A stretch of DNA of 64,000 bases from Octopus sinensis (lineage: Eukaryota), in assembly GCF_006345805.1 (NCBI RefSeq), contig NC_043006.1, positions 56,606,001 through 56,670,000 on the forward strand, written 5' to 3'. The notes below the pieces were generated by a model, which did not search any database, was not told where the DNA came from, and saw only the letters and a list, made by a program, of their open reading frames with translations. Position numbers and translations under genes: made by a program. Shown here piece by piece: positions 1 through 12,505 of the stretch (positions are counted from its first letter, which is position 1; the number at the start of each line of letters is the position of its first letter).

Positions 1-696
1 TATCAATTAAGAATATTCGTCCGGAATACTCAACTGTGAAGTGTAAGAGATATCCTCATTATACAAATATATCGTCCCTTCTGTTTAATTATCCGAACGA
101 TCTGAGGAGGATGAAAGACAAAGTTGGCTTACACAGGGTTTGAACTCAGAACATAAAGGGTTGGAACTAAAAACTGCAAAGCATTTTGTTCGCCATCTTA
201 ACGAATTCTGCTAATATGGGGTCGTTAGATATGCTAGAGACACCAACAAGCCACTCCTTTAATTCATATTGTTAAAAAAGGACACATTTGATGATGAAGT
301 CCTAGATATACTATCTCTGTATGATGAACATAGCTAGAATGTCTCTGACTATATGTCAGTTCAATAAAGGCTAACAGGAAACTGAACAAGTGACGTGGGG
401 CTAAACAATGGCTTTCTGGAATTCATTTAGCCACTGAATTCAAACAAGACTTTGTCATTCATCTGTTACAAGTCAAAATGGCAGACACTACCAAATGAGC
501 CACATTAAAAATAAAAGCCAAGTTTGTGCTTATTAGGGTCCATTGCATAGAAAGAAAAGTTGCGGTATTTTAGCGGAACGGTAAAAGGACAGTTATGAAA
601 ATCATTAATTTCTAAAGATCATTAATAAAGCAATAGTTCTTCAAGGCAGACTGTTTTCGACATGAAATTTCCCGTGCTAATATCCTATTCTTCAAA

Positions 697-1277
697 GGTG
701 GCGAGCTAGTAGAATCGTTAGCACGCCGGGCGAAATTCGTCTGCCGCTTCGTTCTGAGTTCAAATTCCGCAAAGGTCCACTTTGCCTTTCATTCTTTCAG
801 GGTCGATTAAATAAGTACCAGTTACGCGCTGAGGTCGATATAATCGACTTGATCCGTTTGTCTGTCCTTGTTTGTCCTCTCTGTGTTTAGCCCCTTGTGG
901 GTAGTAAAGAAATAGGTATTTCGTCTGCCGTTACGTTCTGAGTTCAAATTCCGCCGAGGTCGACTTTACCTTCATCCTTTCGGGGTCGATGAATTAAGTA
1001 CCAGTTACACACTGGGGTTGATGTAATCGACTTAATCTCTTTGTTTGTCCTTGTTTGTCCCCTCTATGTTTAGCCCCTTGCGGGCAATAAAGAAATAAGA
1101 ATCGTTAGCACGCCGGCGATATTTCGTACATCTTTGCGTCATGAGTTCAAATTACACCAAGGTCAACTTTGCTTTTCATCTTTTCGGTTCTATAATATTA
1201 AGTACCAGTTGAGCACTGGGGCCAATATAATCGACTTATTCTCCGAACTTGCTGGCCTTGTGCCAAAATTTGAAACC
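697..1277 (+). mobile_element. tRNA-derived octopus-type SINE with three tandem ~190-bp internal modules
   Basis: Head GGTGGCGAGCTAGTAGAATCGTTAGCACGCCGGGC. B-box-like GAGTTCAAATTCC recurs at ~758, ~940 and ~1143, each followed by AAGTACCAGTT..CTGGGG..GATATAATCGAC. The same modules are dispersed at 2898-3170, 26045-26158, 27330-27522(-), 34820-34985(-), 36270-36560 and 54990-55145(-). Confidence 0.8.
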
Positions 1278-1664
1278 AGTATCTTATGCTCATAAAGAAA
1301 CACTCACCTGAATCGTGGAATATTGAATGAGAATAAATATAATTAGCTGTGGCTTTATAAATAGATGTATGGATAATATAACACTGATTGACGAGTTGTC
1401 AAGTATACGGAGTCCATGGGGATATTAAATTTCACTTTTATTGAAAGATATAGGAAACGAATATGTAGAAGTAAACTGCATGTCCTTAAATCAAACACCT
1501 TCTCAATTATTATTCTACAGTTGATATGTTCATAAGTTGAAAGCAAAGCTAAAAGCAACAGATAAACTTGTGCGGGTTTCTCATTAATAAAACCTTGCTG
1601 TCCTTCTGTTTGTAGTTATACAAGCTGCGCTGACAATCCTGAAATCCACATCCACGGCAACTGT

Positions 1665-2008
1665 TTCTTCTTCTTCTTCTTCTTCTTCTTCTTCTTCTTC
1701 TTCTTCTTCTTCTTCTTCTTCTTCTTCTTCTTCTTCTTCTTCTTCTTCTTCTTCTTTTCTTCTTCTTCTTCTTCTTCTTCTTCTTCTTCTTCTTCTTCTT
1801 CTTCTTCTTCTTCTTCTTCTTCTTCTTCTTCTTCTCCTTCGTCGTTGTCTTCGTTATCACCATCATCATAACCACCGCCATCTTCATTACCACCACCACC
1901 ATCACCAACACTACCATCATCATCAACAACAACAACAACAACAACACCAACATCAGCACCACCAATAACAACCACTAACACGAACATCAATAACAATCTC
2001 AACAACTA
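1665..2008. repeat. (TTC)n microsatellite (~170 bp) followed by mixed CAT/CAC/CAA triplets
   Basis: Read directly. Explains the poly-E/K/R ORFs 1549-1971 and 1616-2005. Confidence 0.95.
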
Positions 2009-2825
2009 AACCAAACTTAAAGTCATCAAGCAATAATAAAGTCAATTTCAAAATGTCCTATTTCCTATTTCATGACTGAAAGATCGACGTTGATGGAAGA
2101 TAAACGTCAGCATGGCTTTTAAAACAAAACCATTATGTTATTTCAGGCCTTCAACTTTCATGGCGCATTCACTCAATGTGCCAGAGTTTGCATACAAACC
2201 TTCTCGCCATGCTGTGTGTACTCGCTTCAAACTCCATATAATATTGACAATGCGTACGTTCGATGATGAAGTATTGAAGTACGCAAATAGAGTGCATGAG
2301 CTCTTGCGTGTGACATTTGTATATGTTTGTATGTATATATGTCTGTGCATGCGTGTGTTCGAATGTGTATCTGTGTGCGCGTGTGGGCGTAAGTGTGCGT
2401 TTATTATACACGCTTATGCTTCAGTATGGTTTATGGCACTATGCATGCGATAAAATGTTTTTATATAACATTGATGTGAGGGGGAGTTAATAATGCATAT
2501 ATTCGTTCATAATGTATGAAGCAAATATGCTTCAATGCATGTATGCATTTATGTATGTATTTACGCATGAATGCATGTAGCAAGGTAGGTATGTATGTAG
2601 GTAGGTAGGTGGGTATTTATATTGTGTCAGTATATAATATATTACTGATAAATCCGAATGCAGTAATTTATGAAGATATATGTGTGTATAAATATATACA
2701 TACATACGTGTGTGTTTATAGTATATATATATGTAACATTAATATATGTGTGTGTGTGTGTGTGTGTGTCTGTGTGTGTTTGTGTGTGTGTGTGTCTGTG
2801 TCTGTGTGTGTCTGTGTCTGTGTGT

Positions 2826-3170
2826 GGGGGGGCGCAATTGCCCAGTGGTTAGGACAGCGGACTCGCGGTCATAGGATCGCGGTTTCGATTCCCAGACCGG
2901 GCGTACCAGTTACGCACTGGGGTCGATATAATCGACTTAATCCGTTTGTTTGTCCTTGCTTGTCCTCTCTGTGTTTAGCCCCTTGTGGGTAGTAAAGAAA
3001 TAGGTATTTCGTCTGCCTTTGCGTTCTGAGTTCAAATTCCGCCGAGGTCGACTTTGCCTTTCATCCTTTCGAGGTTAATATATTAAGTACCAGTTGCGTA
3101 CTGGGGTTGATCTAATCCACTGGCACCCACCCCAAAAGTTTTGAGCCTTGTACCTAAAGTAGAAAAGAAT
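2826..3170 (+). mobile_element. Chimeric SINE: tRNA-like head of one family joined to the body of another
   Basis: Head GGCGCAATTGCCCAGTGGTTAGGACAGCGGACTCGCGG..GGTTTCGATTCCCAGACCGGGCGT matches the minus-strand head at ~55980-56058. It continues directly into ACCAGTTACGCACTGGGG modules of the 697-1277 family. Confidence 0.75.
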
Positions 3171-3679
3171 CTTGAAATTGTTCTCACTATTTCAATGAAT
3201 TTTAAAGATCAAAGTTTCATTTCACGTTGAAATCATATGTTAATGAAATACATTAAGCAAGTAAAATTGCTTAATATATTTCTTTAATCAATCTATTTTC
3301 ATTGTGGATAAGATGTAGAAAGCAATAATTTTTAATTAAGCGATGAATGGATGCCCTTTTACTGTGCTCATTATTGGCTTAGCTTGTGTATGAAACAATT
3401 ATGTTTTTCTTAATCTACATATCCTTAATTCTGGTGTTCCTGCTGAGTATAGATAACAATTGCTGTATCATGAGCCGGATGCATGTTCCTATTGAGTATT
3501 ACGTGTGCTTCTGTCTTTGTTTTGATAGAAAGATATGAAACGTCTGCTAACCGCAACTCCACAAAAGAGTAAGAGCGAAAACGCAAATTTGTTTAACGTC
3601 GTTGTAAATGTTGAAGGTTTCAGAGTGGGAACAGTCTTGCTCTGAACTGATCCAATCCTCTTTTATAGGGAACTTCTGA

Positions 3680-4720
3680 ATTTCCCTAATAGCTGTACTC
3701 AATATTCTTTAATACAACACTTAGTGGTCTGCTTAGACTTGATCCAGATAATCCTTAGAATATATAAGTTTTTCACTAGCTGACTGCTAGCAGGTATTTG
3801 GTTTCACTGTCAGGAAACATCTCGACTGATTTGGGGCCAAACCAATCATGTGTTTTCCCAAAAGACAGCCAGGGTTTTGCAGTGCTTGGTATCCTGCAGT
3901 ATTTCCCATGTTTTGTAGAATGTTTCCTGGTTGTAAGGTGCTGCATCATCTGTAGAAAGACCCTATGAAGTGTTTACTCTTTTTCTCTTTTATTTGTTAC
4001 AGTCATTTGACAGTAGCCATGCTGGGGCAACGCCTTTAGTCGAGCAAATCGACCCCAGGACTTATTCTTTGTAAGCTTAGTACTTATTCTATCGGTCCCT
4101 TTTGCCGAACCGCTAAGTTACATAAGGACATCTTGCTTACGTTGATGCAATTTTTCCCTTGTTGTTTAGTGCTCTCCCATGTTCTAGCCTAATTTCATAA
4201 CACATTAAAAGAGTGGTCTGTGTTGCAGTTGACACTGATGTAGGACCGCATGGAGAATATTTTTAACGACAGTATGCTTAAAATTTCAATACCTTGAGCC
4301 AAGTGTTTCTTATACATTTTGTGCTAGAGCATAGTTCGAAAATAAGAGTTGGTGATGCGCAAGTGATGGTGTGTCACGGATTGAGAAGTCGCTGACCGTT
4401 ATCATTCATTTTGCTCACACCACACCCTAGTGCATGTATTGTGGTTCGCTCTAACTCTAGTACAGGAGTCACCTAGAACAAGTTGTTCCAAACTAGGGGT
4501 GCTAGGGATGCTGCTGATGAGGAATACGATTCTCATAGAACTCGTCTGGAGTAGATAATAGTGTCGGAGCATACATACTGCCAATGTTCAGCGCTGTTGA
4601 GGTGGAGAAGTGCGAGCCGCTGCCTTCTTCAACAGTCTTCAGGAAGCTACTGTTTACTACATCTTTTTGTATGTAAACGACATCAATATTTAATGTATCA
4701 TTATTCAAACTGGAAGAGTG
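3680..4720 (-). mobile_element. Decayed RTE-clade LINE fragment (APE endonuclease region), interrupted by a SINE piece
   Basis: Minus-strand peptides LNIGSMYAPTLLSTPDEFYE, GVSKMNDNGQRLL, RSYISVNCNTDHS and KSKQTTKCCIKEY resemble RTE APE/linker motifs. Many stops and frameshifts. Confidence 0.7.
3976..4124 (-). mobile_element. 3' fragment of the abundant octopus-type SINE family
   Basis: Matches CTCTTTTACTTGTTTCAGTCATTTGACTGCGGCCATGCTGGAGCACCGCC..CCGAACCGCTAAGTTAC in the full copies at 13450 and 43087. Confidence 0.85.
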
Positions 4721-5561
4721 TGATTTTAGGTTGTTCTAGCTACTTTTTCGAACAGAGAGAAATAATAGATTCTAAAAAATGGGAAATAACAAAGGATAGT
4801 TTGTGATTAAAAGTCAAGATTAAGAAAAGAAAATTATGAATTAACGTGAGAATAGTTTTAAACTAGAAAAAGGAGAAATTATGAGGAAAGACTAACAGTG
4901 ACGGTGAAGCTGTGGCCGTCATTTTTATTTTTACTTAAAACTACTGACCATTTGTTGACTTCTTACTTTTCCCACCGATTTCATTCCTTTTCGTCGGTTT
5001 CTCTTCTTACACTGCTTTTCACCTATCTTCAACAAATCCATGTTCCTTTCGTTTCGTATTCTTCTATTCTCGCTTTTTTCTCGATGTTCTTTTGTGTTTC
5101 GTTTTACTATATTTTCTCTTTACACCCAGCCTATTCTCATCCAGAAAAAAGTGCTCTGATCAAAATGTTGAAAATATCTCCTCATCACGTCACTTTCAAC
5201 AATATCCCATTCTATTCATTTATGTATGTAGTAATTTAGTCCTATTACTCATATTACTCGTTAATTATGATTCGTTGTTTCCTGTCACGCTACATTCATT
5301 GGTTTCTGGCCTATTTTATTTATTATAGAACATTTTAATTAAAACTATCGGACGGAATGTGGCCATTTTCAATGTGTACTTGGGCGTAATTTTACATAAA
5401 TATCAGGTTCTATACGATAATATGATAGATCAAATTGAGGATGACTGTCAGTATTTGAGTGATAGAAGGTATTGAAACTGACACAGAGGGAAAAAATAAG
5501 AGACAGATATAGAAAGAGAGTGAGAAAACATAGACAAGTACATATTTACACTCATGCAAGC

Positions 5562-5593
<32 letters not shown>

Positions 5594-5756
5594 ATGCATA
5601 CATACATACATACCTGGTTAATTGTGTTATTGATTCGCTTAAAATAGTTTCATTCAGGTCTCGAAGGATGATGACAACGTGACATTATATGAGATACGAT
5701 TTCTCATCCGTATATTTAATTCTGTTCAATGTTGACATAAGCGTTAGAAATATATA

Positions 5757-5810
<54 letters not shown>

Positions 5811-5920
5811 TGTGTGTGTGTGTGCATACGCTCACACACTCACGCACAAATATATAAGCAACATATATTTGCATGTGTACATGTGTGTTTATAGGTCTAT
5901 ATATGCGTATATATATAAAT

Positions 5921-5963
<43 letters not shown>

Positions 5964-5989
5964 GCAGACAAGCAAAGACACACAGACAG

Positions 5990-6126
<137 letters not shown>

Positions 6127-7393
6127 CCAGGCTGAGTGAAAAGTAAGCAATGTTTTGAAACTTGAAATTCATCACAATATATTTCAACAATGCGGAAACT
6201 TTATTCATCAAGTTAAGTACCCTTACAACCAACGCATTTTTGTCAACGAGTTACAAGTTTGTATATTCCGGTAACATAAAAATCTGGGGTTCTGGAGCTG
6301 ATCAACTCTTTGAACGCACTTTCAGCATCGGTTTGAATTTTTAACTTTTCCTCTCACAGGAAAACATCAAGGTGCTTGAAAAAGTGGTAGACGGTTGGAG
6401 AAAGATCTGGGGAATAAGCTGGTTGGGGAATAAGCTGGTTGGAGAATAAGGAAACGTGTGGTCAAGCATTTTGATGAAGAATGATTGGCCCTCATCTGCT
6501 GACCAGTCTGGGATGGAAGAGTAGCAGTTTTTCGTTCATTTTTGGCTATTTCGTGGCAATATGTTTCTGTAGTAATGGTTTTTCCGGATTTTAAGAAGTT
6601 ATAATGAATGAGTCCAACAGTACACCACCAAACAGTCACTATAACCTTCGTTTTGAAGATCTCAGGCTTAGGGATGGTTTTCTGTGATGCATTTTAGCCC
6701 AACTACTGCGAAGAGCGTCTTTTATTATTGTACAGAATCCACTTTTCATCGCAAGTTACAATACGGTCGAGAAATGGATCGGTCTGATTACGGAAAAGAA
6801 GCGACGAGCAAATTTCACATCTGTGCATTTTCTGATTTTCATTCAAATCGCGTGGTGCCCATTTGTCGAGCTGTTTTGATTTTTCGATCGCATGCAAATG
6901 GTTACAAGTAGTTTTCTGGCTAACTCGGAGTTCTGTTGCCAGTTCTCGAGTGGTTTTACGTGGATCTTTCTCAGTGACAGTCTTTAATTGATCGTCATTG
7001 ATGACAGATGGGCATCCACTACACTCACCATCTTCAAAGCTCAGGTCCCCACTACGAAATCGTTTAAACCATTTTCGAGCAGACCACTCACTGGTCATTT
7101 CTTCACCAAACGTTTCGTTGATATCGCGAGCAGTTTCAGCTGCTTTACGTCCTTTTTTGAAGTTGAATAGCAAAGTTGCTCGAATATTGCGCTTTGACAG
7201 CTCCATTTCAAATTATTGTAACAACGGTGAAAAATATATCAATATTAATTTATTGATGTATTTGGGCAAGTTTATGTCTGTATTATCAGACAATTACAAA
7301 AAAAAAATGTTTTTAAAAAGTTCAAAACTCTGCAAAAAATCCGGTGCAAATTCTTCATGGTTCAAAACGTTGTTTACTTTTTACTCAACCTGA
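6127..7393 (-). mobile_element. Full-length-size mariner (Tc1/mariner, Hsmar1-like) with both ~30-bp TIRs
   Basis: Left CCAGGCTGAGTGAAAAGTAAGCAATGTTTT (6127-6156) vs the reverse complement of the right end, TCAGGTTGAGTAAAAAGTAAACAACGTTTT (7364-7393), followed by TA. Length ~1.27 kb. Encloses a transposase. Confidence 0.9.
6201..7206 (-). pseudogene. Disrupted mariner transposase
   Basis: HTH N-terminus (MELSKRNIR..WFKRFRSGD), WAPRDL (cf. WVPHEL), IVTCDEKWILY, MTVWW, DLSPTVYHFFKHLD and C-terminal KLVTR*QKCVGCKG. Stops, frameshifts and a 16-bp tandem duplication at ~6410-6445. Confidence 0.9.
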
Positions 7394-7406
7394 TACATAC
7401 TCAACT

Positions 7407-7449
<43 letters not shown>

Positions 7450-7536
7450 TGTGTGTGTGTGTGTATGTGTGTGTGTGTATGTGTTTGTATGTGTGTGTTG
7501 TGTGTGTGTGTAGATACGGAAACATATACATGTGGG

Positions 7537-7579
<43 letters not shown>

Positions 7580-8811
7580 TGGTTTTTGTTCAATCCTCAT
7601 GTAGAGATTAATCTCAGAAAGAAATTTAGATTTAGTTATTTAGACCATATAAATCCTATGAAAATCAGATGTGGGTACCTTCTAAATGAGATTAACAAGC
7701 TGGTTACGGTTCGATAGTTTCTGTGATATTCGAGTAATGTTCACGCTCAAGTCCGTAAAACAAAAAGTATGTCTATATGTTTAAAAAGTGTTACAATTAA
7801 TAAGATTATACTTACCCAACTATTGGTTTAAAAAAAGAACGAAGGGAAACACTGAATTTTGGAAGAGACCAGCTAAAAATTGGTAAGCAGAACATTTACG
7901 GATTTGTACTAAAGCTGGAATTAAATCAACACAGATATTTGAAGTATCCTAATAGTAAATAATTAGTATGTAAACAAATTTGTAACAGCATTAGTTGCAA
8001 TATTTTATCTCAGTGAAGTATATAAAAAATACTTCTCTTGAAAACATTGGTCTTCGCACAGAACGCTGATGTATCGTCAGACTGTTTCATACAAGTCTCA
8101 TTGAAATGTTTTTCTGAGACAAAATATGGCTCGTGCCTTTCCATTAGAAATGCATACAAAATGTATGTAGAGAAGACTACTATGAAATGCAATTCGTACA
8201 GCACACGATCATTCACTACAAATCTTATCTCAACTGCCTTTGTCAGTTTTTCACAACACTATAGATCTTCGAGCCATTACTCCCTATATACAGGCAAGAA
8301 ACGTTTCGCAGGAAAACTGCTTTGGATTTGTATAGAAAGTGCTCATTGAAGTCTCTAAAAGATCAAACTCTGACTCCGTTTCTGTCACCTGAACACATTG
8401 AAGGCTTTAGTGTTTTGGCTCTGACAAACCAGAATTCGTGCTTTGAATCAGAAAGATGATCAAACGCCATTTTCATCATGCTGTGCCTTTTCTAATTAAC
8501 TCTTTTAATATGTTGACTACTTCTTTCTCTAACTTATTTTTATTTGGTGACATTTTTTCCATAAATCTGTCGTTTCTATTTTTGAAAATTATTTTCTTCA
8601 GGGAAACATACCACCAATTGTTGACAGTCATCGCCATAAATCCTGGTGAATCACTTTGTTTATTCAGTCACTGTAGACGCCAGGAATAACACAGTCACCA
8701 TTCAGTAACAGAACTGGTTTATGCGCCATATCTAAGTTTAAATCACAAGGCGATATTGAGAACGCCCTATAATATATCTATCTGCTGACTTAAAGAATAT
8801 TCTTTTTAATG

Positions 8812-9107
8812 GAAGCACTCCGTCGGTTACGACGATGAGGGTTCCGGTTGATCCGAATCAATGGAACAGCCTGCTCGTGAAATTAACGTGTAAGTGGCTG
8901 AGCACTCCACAGACACCTGTACCCTTAACGTAGTTCTCAAGGATATTCAGCATGACACAGATAGTGACAAGGCCGGCCCTTTGAAATACAGGTACTACAG
9001 AAACAGGAAGTAAGAGAAAGTTGTGGTGAAAGAGTACAGCAGGGATCACCACCATCCCCTGCCGGAGCCTCGTTGATCTTTTAGGTGTTTTCTCTCAATA
9101 AACACTC
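8812..9107 (-). mobile_element. 5'-truncated octopus-type SINE
   Basis: Shares the body CTGTACTCTTTC with 55770-56058 and TCAAAGGGCC..CCTTGTCAC..CAGGCTGTTC with 59262-59575. Confidence 0.8.
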
Positions 9108-9844
9108 TTTTTAATACAACCTGAATAATTTGTCCAAGTTAAATTGGCACATTCGGGAAATGTTGTCGTTAACTATCATACAGTTGGATTTATCAGGACG
9201 GTTCTTCGGGGATTTTATTCTTACTCTCCTATCGGCTTCTCTTACACAATCCTAGGTGTTAGCCATGTCACACATTCGTAATTATGAACGATAAGTATTC
9301 TCCCTGAAACCTGAAGAGATTCAGCCGCTCTTTCCAAAGGGGTGTAGAAATGAAATTTAGTTTAAAGGCGTGGTCTTTGCAGTTCACGTTCTGTGGTTAT
9401 TTGGGTCTTGGAAGATTGTCTGTTCCTCGATACCCAAACTTTTTCGAAGCAACACTGCTACTTCAATCAATCTGGACCAAACAAAAGGCACGTAAGAGTA
9501 GTAGTCATAAATAATGAATGCTAGTACGTGCATTTCGGAAATCCTTATCTCGCTAATAGCTATATGTCCGACATGCTGGCAGAGAATAAGTGAAAGGTGT
9601 CGGTTATTTTTTGACCGGCACACCAAGTAAATGCAATTTCAGAATTGCTCAAAGGTCCTTGTAGTACTGTGTGAATGAATTGTTTTCACTGAAAATACCA
9701 TCAAGATATCAGGGGACCTGTTCAGCAAGTGCTCTTAGTGTAACCGTCATTACTAAGTGTTCTTTGATTATAATTTGACGAATTCCCTTTACCTTCATTC
9801 TAGTTTTTGTTTCAGAAGATGATGTAGCTGAGAATGTTGCTATT

Positions 9845-9914
9845 CTTGACTGTTGTTGTTGTTGCTGCTGCTTGCTGTTGTTGTTGCTGCTGCTGCTGTT
9901 GTTGTTGCTACTGC

Positions 9915-9965
<51 letters not shown>
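9845..9965. repeat. (GTT)n/(GCT)n trinucleotide tract
   Basis: Read directly. Confidence 0.95.
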
Positions 9966-10544
9966 CGTCTTCGTCAGTATCGCTAATGTACTTGATCTTT
10001 TTTGTATTTTCCAACTGTTTGTATATTCTGCTTGATGTTCTTTTTGTTTGGTGATTGTTGTTGAGATTTCAGATATTGATTGTTGTGTATATTTTTGCTG
10101 TTGTTGTCGTGTTTTTCGTAGCATTGGACAGTCTATTTTTTACCATGACTTACACATCGAAGTTGTTTGTCAGATTTATCGAGTTCTACCTGGATGTTGA
10201 CTTCTACACCTAATGCTAACTTAGTTTCCCTCTGCATTACATTTCCATCAATACATATATATATTTGTGCATTTTAATATTAATAACTTATATGAACACA
10301 TAATTACATATGTACGAAGATAGGAAATGATTTTTATTTCCGTTCATTATATGAACGATGATTACACAAACAATAGAGGTTTTAGCAAAGGAATTAACTA
10401 TCGAAATATATAACAGATTTCACGTAATAGTTCTTATCTTCTTGTCTAACAGTCTCCTATAATGATGGTATTTTAAAAACATTGCAAGTTGAAAGAATAT
10501 GAGACAAGTTTGTATTTCAGTTCTATATTTTAGAGATGAGGAAT

Positions 10545-10754
10545 TACGTACATCATTTACGTTATTTACATTTGACGGATATTTGTCCTCGTCTTGTTTG
10601 TTGTTAACACACCGTTTCGGCTGATATACCCTCCAGCCTTCATCAGGTGTCTTAGGGAAATTTCGAACCTGGGTTCTCATTCCTAAGGTATTTTTCGACG
10701 TTGTTGTTGTTGTTGTTGTTGTAGTTGTTGTTGTTATTATTATTATTGTTGTTG

Positions 10755-10799
<45 letters not shown>

Positions 10800-10873
10800 T
10801 CACAACCTGGAATCGAACTCGGAATCTTGAGGTTAGTAGCCTGCGCTCTTAACCACTACGCCATATGCGCGTG
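10545..10873 (-). mobile_element. SINE-like element: tRNA-like head + (AAT/AAC)n linker + tail carrying a minimal hammerhead-like motif
   Basis: Minus strand: GCATATGGCGTAGTGGTTAAGAGCGCAGG..GAGTTCGATTCCAGG (A and B boxes), triplet tract, then GACAC-CTGATGA-A-GGCTG-gagggtatat-CAGCC-GAAA-CGGT-GTGTT. Confidence 0.75.
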
Positions 10874-10924
10874 GTGCTCCAGCATGGCCACATGACTGAA
10901 ACAAGTAAAATGGTAAAAGAGTAA

Positions 10925-10932
10925 ATAATAAC

Positions 10933-10985
<53 letters not shown>

Positions 10986-11140
10986 CAACAACATCGAAAA
11001 ATACCTTAGAAATTAGAACCCAGGTTCGAAATTTCCCCAAGTTACCTGATGAAGGCACGAAGGTATATCAGCCGAAATGGTGTGTTAACAACAAACAAGA
11101 CGAGGACAAATATCCGTCAAATGTAAATAATGTAAATAAA
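10925..11140 (+). mobile_element. Second, inverted, headless copy of the same hammerhead-tailed element
   Basis: (AAT)n then CATCGAAAAATACCTTAG..CCTGATGAAGGC..CAGCCGAAATGGTGTGTTAACAACAAACAAGACGAGG, the reverse complement of 10545-10700. Confidence 0.8.
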
Positions 11141-12052
11141 GTTTATATTTGGTACAACTGTCGTAAGTAAATTAAAAACGATTTTCTCATTCAGTTTTTT
11201 ATTTCTTCGAGGAAACCCAACAAATGTGAACGGATACTGAATTAAACCAATAATCTGGAGAAATATTTTTTTGCTGGCGTATCAGTAAAACCTAGAAAAT
11301 ATTTAGGCAACCTTTATCTGGAAAGTTAAAGGTCGCCTAAGGTATAAACGAAGACATTAAAAAAGCTGTCTCACACAGTATGATGACTATATTACAGTGA
11401 TTAAAAATTAGTAGTTATGATTGAATGCTGTACTTGAAATTTCAAATAAAAAAAACTTGAAAACCACATTTCATAATATAAAAATTGGAATTTACAAGAA
11501 TTTCCTAGACAGTGTAAATTTTATTAATTGCTTTCTATTAGTAAAAGTTAAATACTCATAACTAATTAATTGACTACTTTTTTCGACCGTTTATATCTGC
11601 AAGCAGTAGTGTACTAACCGCTCGTGAAATCATCCTTTGATGAGGCGAGCAGGACTAATTGTAATATCGCCATGTGACTGGTTACGAGTTACATACTCAT
11701 GACCTTTTTGCATTTTTCATCTGCAAATTCTGCCTATTATGATTATTACGTAACGCTTAACTCCCTGAAACAGCTGTCAGGTTAGGAAATTATATATCTT
11801 CTTGAAATTTTTCTGTATTTTTTGTGCTCTATGTAAATACACTTGTATATGCGTGTGTGTGTTTGTGTGTGTGTGCCTTTGTATCAAGCCCAATTATGAT
11901 CATCTCTGTATATGTGTGTATGTGAATAATATGTATGTATGTATCTATCTTTCTATCTACCTCTTTATCTCTATCTATCTGTATCTATATATATGTTACT
12001 TTATACATGCATATACATCTAATTGCATATGTAAATATACGTACATATTAGG

Positions 12053-12084
<32 letters not shown>

Positions 12085-12106
12085 CACATCTGTAAGTGTG
12101 CATGTG

Positions 12107-12179
<73 letters not shown>

Positions 12180-12351
12180 TTAAGCGTATTTGTATCTTCG
12201 TAAGCAGAGTTGTATGTATATTTGCATGTGCCTCTATGCGTGTATGTATGAGAGGATATTAACTGAATATTATATGAGTAGGTGGTGTGCATGTAGTTTC
12301 ATGTTATCTATCACGTTCTTTGTAAGAAGCGATCAGACGTGTAGGTATTAC

Positions 12352-12505
12352 CTGCCATTCCTTCAGGCTGTAACAATTTCGAAAGATTTTACCGTCTTTC
12401 GCATTGACATTCGAGCAATACAAATTACGTCCATTAAATCGAACTACATCATTGTTCGTGATACCATTGTATGTAGCAACGATAACTTCACCGGATCATC
12501 ACAAT
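12352..12505 (-). other. Candidate (possibly degenerate) coding exon with Sushi/CCP-like Cys/Trp spacing
   Basis: With one added G it reads (D)CDDPGEVIVATYNGITNNDVVRFNGRNLYCSNVNAKDGKIFRNCYSLKEWQ. Strong donor CAG|GTAATA, weak AAG acceptor. Confidence 0.3.

Noticed and set aside
2826-2900. tRNA genes at the tRNA-like heads (2826, 10797-10873, 50900-50977, 55980-56058)
   Set aside because: A/B boxes are present, but acceptor stems do not close and each continues into a SINE body.
8030-8700. Possible decayed DNA-transposon coding remnant
   Set aside because: Protein-like stretches occur, but there is no recognisable catalytic motif or TIR.
9130-10200. Poly-N/Q protein or LINE ORF1 remnant on the minus strand
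   Set aside because: The ORFs are driven by the (AAC)n tract, and the flanking peptides have many stops and no motif I can assign.
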